Part shown: piece by piece, positions 6,520 to 14,182 of the stretch
Position numbering within the stretch: the first letter of the stretch is position 1
Layout of the letters: each line of letters opens with the position of its first letter
Assembly (NCBI GenBank): GCA_037442925.1
Contig: JBBIPG010000060.1
Coordinates: 1 to 14,182, forward strand
DNA: 14,182 nucleotides
DNA from: Candidatus Fraserbacteria bacterium
Lineage (GTDB): Bacteria > Bipolaricaulota > Bipolaricaulia > RBG-16-55-9
Reading direction: 5' to 3'
Made by a program: the position numbers and the translations under genes
Notes under the pieces: generated by a model
The model's database searches: none
What the model was told of the DNA's origin: nothing
Seen by the model: the letters and a program-made list of their open reading frames with translations, nothing else

Positions 6520-8577
6520 ATGAATCACGCTGTCCGCGAGATCGCATCGAAGCTCAAGCGAGAGCAAGTTCACGACAAGTACAAGGCCATCCGTTTCGAT
6601 GAGTACCTGGAGATGCTGCCGCAGGATCCGCGACTCGTCCGCAATGCCTATCAGCGGCTCTATGATATGATCATAAGCCACGGCACCCACATCTACAAGA
6701 GGGACGGTAAAGAGATCACACGCTACCGCTTCTTCGATGACCCCTTTGGCAATGGAGAGGATGCCATTTACGGGATCGACGAGGCACTCAAGAATTTGGT
6801 GGATATTTTTGAGGCTGCCGCCAAAGGCCTGGGCCCGGATCGCCGCATCATCCTGCTGCACGGGCCGGTGGCCACGGCCAAATCCACGATCGGAAGGCTA
6901 CTGCGCCGCGGCCTGGAAGAGTACTCGAAGACGGATGAAGGGCGGCTCTACACGTTTGAATGGGACATCAGCCATTTCGACGACGAGCCCTTGGATATCG
7001 TCCCCTGCCCGATCTTCGAAGAACCCTTGCGGCTCATCCCTGAGGTAGAGCGCCGGCAGTTGCTGATCTCCCTCAATCAGATCTTCAAGGAAAACCATCG
7101 AGCGCAGTATGAGCTCGATGTCGAGGGAGACCTCTGCCCCAAGTGCCGCTTCTATTTCAACCGGTTGATGAAACTCTACGACGATGACCTCGAGTCGGTC
7201 CTCAAGCATGTCACGGTCCGTCGGCTCATCATCAGCGAGCAAGACCGCCGCGGAGTTGCCACCTTCGAACCCAAGGACAAGAAGAACCAGGACGAAGAGG
7301 AACTCACCGGTGGGATGAACTGGCGGCTCGTGCAAGTCTACGGCTCGGACTCAGATCCCAGGGCCTTCAACTACGATGGAGAGCTTTGTGTGGCCAACCG
7401 TGGCCTCTTCGATGGCGAAGAGCTCCTCAAACTACAAGAAGAATTTCTGTACGACTTTTTGCACGCGACCCAGGAACACGTGATCAAGCCCAAGAAGAAT
7501 CCACGCATCGGCATCGACACCGTCATCTTGGGAAGGACCAATAACCCCGAATACAAGCGGGTCAAGGCCAATGAGAAGATGGAGGCGTTCAACGATCGCA
7601 CGCGCAAGGTCGATATCCCGTATGTGCTGCGCAAGACCGACGAGAAGAGGATCTATGAGAAATTCTTCCAGGGACCGCGAGTCGGCGGCAAGCACATTGC
7701 CCCCCACACGCTGGATATGGCGGCGCTCTGGGCGATTCTCACCCGACTCGAAGAACCCGGTGGCGATGTGACCCTCTTGCAGAAGGCCAAGCTCTATGAC
7801 GGAGAAGCCATCCCCAATCGCACGGTCGATCTGCAGAAGCTGCAAGAAGAGGTGCGCGAAGAGGGATTCTTTGGTGTCAGCCCGCGCTACGTCATCGACA
7901 TGATCAGCAAAGCCCTCGTCAATGACAAAGAGGGGTGCATCAATCCATATCGCGTGCTGGCCATGCTCGAGGACAATTTACGGCATCACGCGGCCATCGA
8001 TGAGAACAGGCTGGATGAGTATAAAGAGCTGATCGAGATCGTGCGGGAAGAACTCTCCGGGATCGCGCAAGAGGAAGTGCGACGGGTCATCTCGCATGAT
8101 CCTGAGGAGCTGCAGGAAGTGGGACAAAAATACTTGGATCACGTGTTGGCATATCTCAACGATGAGAAAGTGGAAGACAAGTACACGGGCGAGGAGAGGG
8201 AGCCCGACGAAGAGTTCATGCGAGCGATCGAGAAGCAGATTGGCATTACCGAGGCTCAGAAGGACGATTTCCGGCAGGAGATCGCCAACTGGATCAGCGA
8301 GCGTGCCCGCAAGGGGGAGTCATTCAACCCCGAGGACAACGACCGACTCCGACGGGCCATTGAGAAGAAGCTCTGGGAGGACAAGAAACATAACATCAAC
8401 TTCTCCGCCATGGTCTCGGACAAATCGACGGATCCCGAGCACAAGCGGCGCAAGGGAGAGTGGGTCGAGCGCCTCAAGAGCGAGTTCGGCTACTGCGATG
8501 TCTGCGCGGAGAACGTGATCGATCACGCCGGAGCCGAAGTCGCACGCGATGAGCTCCAGAGACAAGAGCGGGTGTAA
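6520..8577 (+). CDS. prkA: PrkA/YeaG family AAA+ ATPase / serine protein kinase (685 aa; alternative start 6472, 701 aa)
   Basis: RNAYQRLYDMI, P-loop LHGPVATAKST, KNQD..ELTG, YGSDSDPRAFNYDGELCVANRG, IAPHTL, G.SPRYV and PDEEFMRAIE. Followed by yeaH and spoVR. SD GGAGGTGA precedes ATG 6520. Confidence 0.95.
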   Translation: MNHAVREIASKLKREQVHDKYKAIRFDEYLEMLPQDPRLVRNAYQRLYDMIISHGTHIYKRDGKEITRYRFFDDPFGNGEDAIYGIDEALKNLVDIFEAAAKGLGPDRRIILLHGPVATAKSTIGRLLRRGLEEYSKTDEGRLYTFEWDISHFDDEPLDIVPCPIFEEPLRLIPEVERRQLLISLNQIFKENHRAQYELDVEGDLCPKCRFYFNRLMKLYDDDLESVLKHVTVRRLIISEQDRRGVATFEPKDKKNQDEEELTGGMNWRLVQVYGSDSDPRAFNYDGELCVANRGLFDGEELLKLQEEFLYDFLHATQEHVIKPKKNPRIGIDTVILGRTNNPEYKRVKANEKMEAFNDRTRKVDIPYVLRKTDEKRIYEKFFQGPRVGGKHIAPHTLDMAALWAILTRLEEPGGDVTLLQKAKLYDGEAIPNRTVDLQKLQEEVREEGFFGVSPRYVIDMISKALVNDKEGCINPYRVLAMLEDNLRHHAAIDENRLDEYKELIEIVREELSGIAQEEVRRVISHDPEELQEVGQKYLDHVLAYLNDEKVEDKYTGEEREPDEEFMRAIEKQIGITEAQKDDFRQEIANWISERARKGESFNPEDNDRLRRAIEKKLWEDKKHNINFSAMVSDKSTDPEHKRRKGEWVERLKSEFGYCDVCAENVIDHAGAEVARDELQRQERV

Positions 8578-8600
8578 ACGCCCTTTCGAAGGCGGTGATG

Positions 8601-8630
8601 AGAAGGGAGCGGACTCTTCCGCTCCCTTCT
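8601..8630 (+). promoter_or_regulatory. Perfect 13-bp intercistronic hairpin between prkA and yeaH
   Basis: agaagggagcgga-ctct-tccgctcccttct. No U-tract on the + strand. Ends 7 nt before the yeaH ATG. Confidence 0.7.
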
Positions 8631-8637
8631 GCAAAAG

Positions 8638-9783
8638 ATGCCCAAGAGGATTCGAAAAGACCTGGAGCGCTACAAGCGCATCGTCCGCGGGGAGATTCGT
8701 AAGAACCTCAAGGATCTCATTGAGAGTGGGGAGATCGTCGGCCAACGAGGTAAAGACATCGTCAAGATACCCATCAAGAGCATTCGCATCCCTGAATTTC
8801 GCTACGACCCGCGCGATGCCGGGGGCATCGGTTCTGGCGAGGGCGAGTTGGGTCAACCCATCCGGCTCGATGAGGATGGGGATTTTTGGGGACGGCCTGG
8901 CCAAGGCACAGGCATCCATCTCCCTGAAGTCGAGATCGAGCTGCGAGAGCTTGCGGAGATCTTGGGGGAAGAGCTGGAGCTACCCCGGATTCAACCCAAA
9001 GGGGAGCGCCGCTGGGTCCAGGGAGGGGAGGATTATACCGATGTTTCTGTGGTCGGGCCAGAGACGCTGCTCATGAAGCGACGGGCCTACCGAGAGGGTC
9101 TCAAGCGTCAGTTATTGCTCACCGAACTAGGGAAGGATGGTGCGGTAGAAGGGATGCCCCCGGCTTTGCGTCCTCCACTGCTCGTCACCCCCATCCGGGA
9201 AGACAAGCGGTATCTGCATAGCGAGCCAGAGCCGGAGCCCCAGACCAATGCCGTCATCCTCTTCATGCGCGATGCCTCCGGCTCGATGAGCGGAGAGAAG
9301 ACGGAGATCATTCGCCAAGAGAATTACTGGATTGACATCTGGCTGCGCACTCACTACGACAATGTGGAACGGGTGTACATCCTGCACGATTACGAGGCGC
9401 AAGAGGTCGATGAAAAAGAGTTTTATGAGCTATCCACCGGTGGAGGCACCCGTATCTCCAGTGCGTATGAGCTGTGCGGGAAGATCATCGAGCGTCGCTA
9501 CTCGCCGGAAGAGTGGAACATCTACCCCTTCCACTTCTCCGACGGGGAGAACTGGATTGGAGATACAGAGAACTTCTGTGTGCCGCTGCTCCAGGATGAA
9601 TTGCTCCCGCGCTGCAACATCTTCTGCTATGGGCAAGTGACGCTGGGACGCCGCTCCGCCGGCTTGCATCTTGTCAAGCTCGAGGAGCATCTCGGACAAG
9701 ATGAGCGATGGGTGAGTTCCATCATTTCGGGCCGAGAAGACATCTTGCGTTCCATTAAGGACTTTTTGGGGAAAGGGCGCTAG
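8638..9783 (+). CDS. yeaH: YeaH/YhbH (DUF444) family protein with vWA/MIDAS domain
   Basis: KIPIKSIRIPEFRY, Gly-rich linker, EELELPRIQPKG, NAVILFMRDASGSM, GGTRISSAY, WNIYPFHFSDGENW. Located between prkA and spoVR. Confidence 0.93.
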   Translation: MPKRIRKDLERYKRIVRGEIRKNLKDLIESGEIVGQRGKDIVKIPIKSIRIPEFRYDPRDAGGIGSGEGELGQPIRLDEDGDFWGRPGQGTGIHLPEVEIELRELAEILGEELELPRIQPKGERRWVQGGEDYTDVSVVGPETLLMKRRAYREGLKRQLLLTELGKDGAVEGMPPALRPPLLVTPIREDKRYLHSEPEPEPQTNAVILFMRDASGSMSGEKTEIIRQENYWIDIWLRTHYDNVERVYILHDYEAQEVDEKEFYELSTGGGTRISSAYELCGKIIERRYSPEEWNIYPFHFSDGENWIGDTENFCVPLLQDELLPRCNIFCYGQVTLGRRSAGLHLVKLEEHLGQDERWVSSIISGREDILRSIKDFLGKGR

Positions 9784-9785
9784 GG

Positions 9786-11429
9786 ATGAACCCACTCAGC
9801 ATACAGGAGCTGGAAGGCCTTCGAGGCGAGGCGCGTCGACTGGCCGAAGAGGCCGGCCTGGATCCGTGGGAAGTCACCTTTGGCGTGGTGGATTACGATA
9901 GAATCAATGAACTGTCGGCGTATGACGGGTTCCCTCTGCGCTACCCGCACTGGCAGTTTGGCATGTCGTATGATTATTTCCGCAAGAGGGGTGCCTATTC
10001 CGGTTGGTGGACCTACGAACTTGTGCTCAATACCCGGCCAGCCCTGGCGTATCTGCGAGCGAGCAACACGGTCGTCGAGACGAAGGGCGTGATGGTCCAT
10101 GTCTACGCCCACGTCGATTTCTTCCGGCACAATCGTTGGTTCAGCAAGACGAACCGGGACATGATTCGGCTGATGGAGAACCATGCGACGCGGGTCGAGC
10201 GCTACATGAATCAATATGGTGTGGAGAAAGTCGAGTCGTTCCTCGATAAGGTCTTAAGTATTCAGTACAACATGGACCCGCACGCTCCCTTCATCAAGCG
10301 TCGCTGGCAGGCCAAGCGCAGTTCCAAGGACGAAGACGAGGGGAATGGGCTGGTCGAAGCCAGGCGGATCCCCGTCAAGCGCGATTACATGGAGCGTTTC
10401 ATCAACCCACCGGAATGGGTCGAGAAGCGACGCGCTCGCATTCGCGCAGAGCTAGAAGAGAAGAAGCTACGAGAGGCCACGGAATTGGAGCGCCCTCAGA
10501 AGGATCTTCTGCAGTTTCTCATGAAGCACGGTCGGCTCGAGGATTGGCAGAAGGACCTCATCGCCTTGGTCCGCGAGGAGTCGTACTACTTCGTCCCGCA
10601 GATCCAGACGAAGGTGATGAACGAAGGATGGGCCAGCTACTGGGAGTCTAAGATCATGGCCGAGTTTGCCGGTCCCAATGAGTTCTTAGATCACGCCGAT
10701 ATGATGAGCAAGGTGCTGGGAGGCAGTGCGCTCAACCCCTATCGTCTGGGCAAGCTCATCTGGGGAGACATCAAGGAACGCTGGGACAAGGGTAGATTCG
10801 GTCGCGAGTGGGAACTGTGCAAGGACAAAGAGAAGAAAGAGAAGTGGGATACCAGAGCTGGCTTGGGGATGGAAAAGATCTTCGAGGTCCGGCGCAACTA
10901 CAACGACGTCACGTTCATCGATGAATTCTTCACGGAAGACCTCTGCGAGAGACTCAATCTCTTTGCCTACGAGTACATTCCGGAGACGGGCGCGTATCAC
11001 ATCACATCGAGGAGCTTTGAAGATGTAAAAAAGAAGCTGCTGCTGCGGCATACCAACTTGGGCAAGCCGACCATAAAAGTCGTGACGGGAAACTACGACA
11101 ACAAGGGCGAGCTGCTCCTCATTCACGAGTGGAACGGCATTGGACTCGACGGGGAAGATGCCAAACAAGTGCTCAAGAACATTCACGCGATGTGGGGACG
11201 GCCCGTGAACTTAAAGACGATTATCCTGCGCAGGGTCCGCGATCCAGATCCGACGCGCAATCGCATCCATCCGGAGCGACCGCTGACGGCGGTGGTCGAA
11301 GAGCAAGGGGTGTTGCTTCGCTACGATGGGGAGACCTTCCGGGAACTGGCGCTCAAGCCTGAGGAAGTGGCCGACATCCGCGTCGATGATGTGAACTACC
11401 ATACCATTCCCGAGGAATGGATCGGCTAA
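9786..11429 (+). CDS. spoVR: SpoVR/YcgB family protein
   Basis: GFPLRYPHWQFG, YELVLN, HVYAHVDFFRHN, VREESYYFVPQIQTKVMNEGWASYW, LNPYRLG, WGRPV. Confidence 0.95.
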   Translation: MNPLSIQELEGLRGEARRLAEEAGLDPWEVTFGVVDYDRINELSAYDGFPLRYPHWQFGMSYDYFRKRGAYSGWWTYELVLNTRPALAYLRASNTVVETKGVMVHVYAHVDFFRHNRWFSKTNRDMIRLMENHATRVERYMNQYGVEKVESFLDKVLSIQYNMDPHAPFIKRRWQAKRSSKDEDEGNGLVEARRIPVKRDYMERFINPPEWVEKRRARIRAELEEKKLREATELERPQKDLLQFLMKHGRLEDWQKDLIALVREESYYFVPQIQTKVMNEGWASYWESKIMAEFAGPNEFLDHADMMSKVLGGSALNPYRLGKLIWGDIKERWDKGRFGREWELCKDKEKKEKWDTRAGLGMEKIFEVRRNYNDVTFIDEFFTEDLCERLNLFAYEYIPETGAYHITSRSFEDVKKKLLLRHTNLGKPTIKVVTGNYDNKGELLLIHEWNGIGLDGEDAKQVLKNIHAMWGRPVNLKTIILRRVRDPDPTRNRIHPERPLTAVVEEQGVLLRYDGETFRELALKPEEVADIRVDDVNYHTIPEEWIG

Positions 11430-11438
11430 AAAACGGCG

Positions 11439-11467
11439 TTGAAAAACGGGAACCACTCGATTAACAT
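11439..11467 (+). promoter_or_regulatory. Putative sigma70 promoter for phoH-HD genes
   Basis: TTGAAA (11439-11444), 17-nt spacer, TAACAT (11462-11467). Confidence 0.5.
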
Positions 11468-11504
11468 CTAGGCCGGTGTTGTTGCGCACCAGGCATGACA
11501 TAGA

Positions 11505-12485
11505 GTGGGGGATTCATCACTGAGTAAGCGAACGAAAGTACAGCGGGAGATCGCCTTGAAGGACGTCACGGAGGCGACGGCGCTGTTAGGTCCATTCAAT
11601 CGAAATCTCAATGCCATTCGCGAGTGGTTTCCCGTCCAGATTCGAACTCGGGGAGATCAGCTCTTCCTCGAGGGCGACGAAAAGGAAGTTGCCCAAGCAG
11701 CTCAACTCTTCGAAAAGTTAAGAGAACTCATCGAAGAAGGGCACATTCCAGAGATCAGCGACGTGGAGTATCTAGCGGAGCAGATCCGTGGCGAACAGGA
11801 TGTCAGTTCCGTTCTGGTAGATGTCGTTCAACATACCCACTGGGGAGAGGCAATCCGACCGAAAACCAAGGGGCAATCTCGCTATGTTCAAGCGATGGAG
11901 AAGCAGGAGATCGTCTTCGCCATTGGACCCTCGGGAACGGGCAAGACGTATCTGGCCGTCGCCATGGCCGTGAATTTCTTAAAGAAGGGCAAGGTCAATC
12001 GACTCATCCTGACTCGGCCGGCTGTCGAGGCCGGAGAAGAACTGGGCTTCTTGCCGGGAGATATCCAAGCCAAAGTCAATCCCTATCTGCGCCCGCTCTA
12101 CGATGCCCTCTATGACATGCTCCCTGCCGATGAGGTGAAGCGCTATCTTGACACGGGCCGAATCGAGATTGCACCGCTGGCTTTCATGCGAGGGCGGACA
12201 CTCAACAACAGCTTTATTATTCTGGACGAAGCGCAGAACACCACCTCCGGTCAGATGAAGATGTTTCTCACTCGCCTGGGGCTGCACTCCCGCGCCGTGA
12301 TCACAGGGGACGTCACCCAGATTGACCTCGAAAGAGGGGTCTCCGGCCTAGTGGCCATTCAGCGCATCCTGGCAGGGATCGACGAGATCGCTTTCCTTTA
12401 TCTCGACAAAAGCGATGTGGTGCGCCACCCTTTAGTCAAGAGGATCATCGATGCGTATGAGAAGATGGAGCAAGCGAAAGAGTGA
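11505..12485 (+). CDS. phoH: PhoH family ATPase (YbeZ/PhoL type with N-terminal KH-like region)
   Basis: GPSGTGKTYLAVA, ILTRPAVEAGEELGFLPGD, PYLRPLYDAL, APLAFMRGRTL, LDEAQN, MFLTRLG, GDVTQIDL, DVVRHPLV. Start uncertain (GTG 11505 or CTG 11520). Confidence 0.96.
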   Translation: MGDSSLSKRTKVQREIALKDVTEATALLGPFNRNLNAIREWFPVQIRTRGDQLFLEGDEKEVAQAAQLFEKLRELIEEGHIPEISDVEYLAEQIRGEQDVSSVLVDVVQHTHWGEAIRPKTKGQSRYVQAMEKQEIVFAIGPSGTGKTYLAVAMAVNFLKKGKVNRLILTRPAVEAGEELGFLPGDIQAKVNPYLRPLYDALYDMLPADEVKRYLDTGRIEIAPLAFMRGRTLNNSFIILDEAQNTTSGQMKMFLTRLGLHSRAVITGDVTQIDLERGVSGLVAIQRILAGIDEIAFLYLDKSDVVRHPLVKRIIDAYEKMEQAKE

Positions 12486-13932
12486 ACTGAAGAGCGCGCT
12501 GAAGCGTCAGGTCCCGAAGGTGCGGGTATGGCTGTATGCCGTCGTGACGGCGCTGGCCTTGGCAGGCTTAGCGGCGTTTCGGATCAACCTCTCAGCGTCT
12601 CCCTGGGTAAAGTGGGCTGCCAGTTGGCAACAGCTGGTGGGTGATTTTCTTGTCGTCGCCTTGTTGGTGATGCTTTGGGCGGTCTATCTGCAGCTCTGTT
12701 ATTCAGAACTGCTGCGTACCGCCCGGATGCGGGTGTTTCTGGTAGGGGTCGTCGTCTCGGTGGCCCTGCTGGGGCGATTCACGGATCTATTGGCCCCGTA
12801 CTTGGTGCCGGAGCAAATGGGGGCATATCTCGTGCCGGTCGCCTTCGGGGCTGGCTTAGTGACGATCTTCACCGGCGCGGAGGTGGGCTTTGCCGTAACG
12901 ATATTATTGAGCCTCTGGGTGGGGTTGGGCAATGCAGTCCATCCGATGACGGCAATGCTCGCGGCATTCGGCAGTGGCAGTGTAGCTGTGCTCCGCTGCG
13001 CTCGCTTACGCAAATTCTCGGATCTGCCTCTTACGGGGTTGGAGATCGGCGTCGTCGGTGTGATCTTGCAGGGGGGGGCTGCGCTCTTCTATCAGGGGAG
13101 CGAGGCGGTCAATGGCGTGAGTCTCCTCTGGTCGGGGGTCAACGGTCTGATGAGCGTACTGCTCATCTTTGGGGGGCTTCCTCTGGCTGAATTCATCACT
13201 CAGAAGACGAGCCCCTTGGGCCTGGTAGAGCTTCTCAATCCCTCCCATCCCCTGTTGGTCATGCTCCGAGAGCAGGCGTCGGGGACGTATCATCATAGTT
13301 TTAACGTGGCGGATCTGGCCGAGAACGCGGCACAGGCCATCGGAGCGGACCCCCTGTTGGCCAAAGTCGGCGGCTACTATCACGACATTGGGAAAATCAA
13401 GCGCCCGCAGTTCTTTGCGGAGAACCAACAAAACGGTCACAACCCTCACGATGAGATCTCGCCCAGCATGAGCAAGGTCATTCTCACCTCTCATATTAAA
13501 GAGGGTGTCGAGCTGGCTCAGGAATATGGCCTCAGGGAAGACGTCATTCAGTTTATCCGGCAACATCATGGCACCTCCGTGATGCGGTATTTCTATCTAA
13601 AAGCTCTTCGTGAAGGGAAGGCCAGCCCCTCGTCCATGGATGATTATCGCTATGTTGCAGAATTGCCCCGCACTCGGGAGACGGCCATCGTGATGCTGGC
13701 GGATGGAGTGGAAGCAGCCTCGCACAACGCGAAGGATGCGGCGCAGCTCGAGCAGATCATCACAGAGGCCATGAGTGGCCCGCTCAAGGACGAGCAACTG
13801 AAAGAAAGTCCTCTCACCTTACGCGATCTCGAAAAGATCAAACAGGCGTTCATCGCAACGCTACGGGCGATGAGGCATGATCGTATCCGTTCCTATCCCA
13901 AGGACTCGGAGATCAAGAGCGCGCCTCGGTAA
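12451..13932 (+). CDS. Membrane-bound HD-family phosphohydrolase (7TM-HD, HDIG; PgpH/YqfF-like candidate cyclic dinucleotide phosphodiesterase)
   Basis: About 7-8 hydrophobic segments, then LVELLNPSHPLL, GTYHHS..VA.LAE, YYHDIGK, FFAENQ..NPHD, HHGT and MLADGVEAAS. Occupies the usual position after phoH. Confidence 0.9.
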   Translation: MRMRRWSKRKSELKSALKRQVPKVRVWLYAVVTALALAGLAAFRINLSASPWVKWAASWQQLVGDFLVVALLVMLWAVYLQLCYSELLRTARMRVFLVGVVVSVALLGRFTDLLAPYLVPEQMGAYLVPVAFGAGLVTIFTGAEVGFAVTILLSLWVGLGNAVHPMTAMLAAFGSGSVAVLRCARLRKFSDLPLTGLEIGVVGVILQGGAALFYQGSEAVNGVSLLWSGVNGLMSVLLIFGGLPLAEFITQKTSPLGLVELLNPSHPLLVMLREQASGTYHHSFNVADLAENAAQAIGADPLLAKVGGYYHDIGKIKRPQFFAENQQNGHNPHDEISPSMSKVILTSHIKEGVELAQEYGLREDVIQFIRQHHGTSVMRYFYLKALREGKASPSSMDDYRYVAELPRTRETAIVMLADGVEAASHNAKDAAQLEQIITEAMSGPLKDEQLKESPLTLRDLEKIKQAFIATLRAMRHDRIRSYPKDSEIKSAPR

Positions 13933-14081
13933 GACCTTGTTGAATGGCTCGGTAATGTTCTTATTGCGGAGCGGCTTGCGAATCTCTCTTGACTATGCAG
14001 GATTTGCATATTCACAAGTCTTTCATGAGGGCAAAAGCATGGTATCCTAGCCTTCACTACTGAAAAAGAAGGGGGGGTACC

Positions 14082-14182
14082 ATGCCGATCCTGGAACAAC
14101 TCCAGAACCACTTCCCATCCTATGTCTGGAGACACGTCCTGTCAATGTTGGTGGGGTTGATGCTGCTTCGGGAGGCCAAGAC
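14082..14182 (+). CDS. 5' part of an ORF running off the right edge (MPILEQLQNHFPSYVWRHVLSMLVGLMLLREAK...), possibly an IS701/IS4-like transposase
   Basis: Strong SD GAAGGGGGG before ATG 14082 and TGgTATCCT extended -10 at 14040-14048. The frame is open to the edge. The RH....L.GL.L...KT pattern loosely recalls IS701-type N-termini. Confidence 0.4.
   Translation, partial: MPILEQLQNHFPSYVWRHVLSMLVGLMLLREAK

Noticed and set aside
6859..6888. Walker A reading GPVATAKST rather than GxxxxGKS, suggesting an inactive ATPase
   Set aside because: PrkA subfamilies commonly have a small non-Gly residue there (e.g. GPVGSSKST), so this is not evidence of inactivation.
9786..11429. Inferring endospore formation from spoVR/prkA/yhbH
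   Set aside because: The trio is widespread in non-sporulating bacteria and archaea.
6475..13853. Alternative-frame and antisense ORFs inside prkA, yeaH, spoVR, phoH and the HD gene
   Set aside because: Expected shadow ORFs in GC-rich coding DNA, with no motifs.

Overview
GC-rich bacterial chromosomal segment from a deep-branching lineage, judged from many compensatory rRNA signature changes. Bipolaricaulota/Acetothermia-like is only a guess. The left half (minus strand) is a stand-alone 23S-5S rRNA unit with no 16S or tRNA upstream. It has tandem sigma70-type promoters, a boxA-like motif and a 30-bp processing stalk. The 23S gene is split by two group I introns separated by a 40-nt exon. 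One is a 705-nt IA3-like intron at E. coli position L1951 carrying a single-motif LAGLIDADG homing endonuclease. The other is a 239-nt ORF-less IB-like intron at L1911 in helix 69, not the usual bacterial L1917 site. The rRNA also has an expanded helix 25 and a shortened helix 38. Upstream on the same strand are an LCP/LytR_C gene and rsfS, which appears to need a CTG start. The right half (plus strand) holds a prkA(yeaG)-yeaH-spoVR operon whose motifs resemble haloarchaeal versions, then phoH, a short PgpH-like 7TM-HD hydrolase and the start of a possible transposase. All rRNA position numbers and homolog comparisons are from memory of E. coli and family consensus sequences, not from computed alignments.
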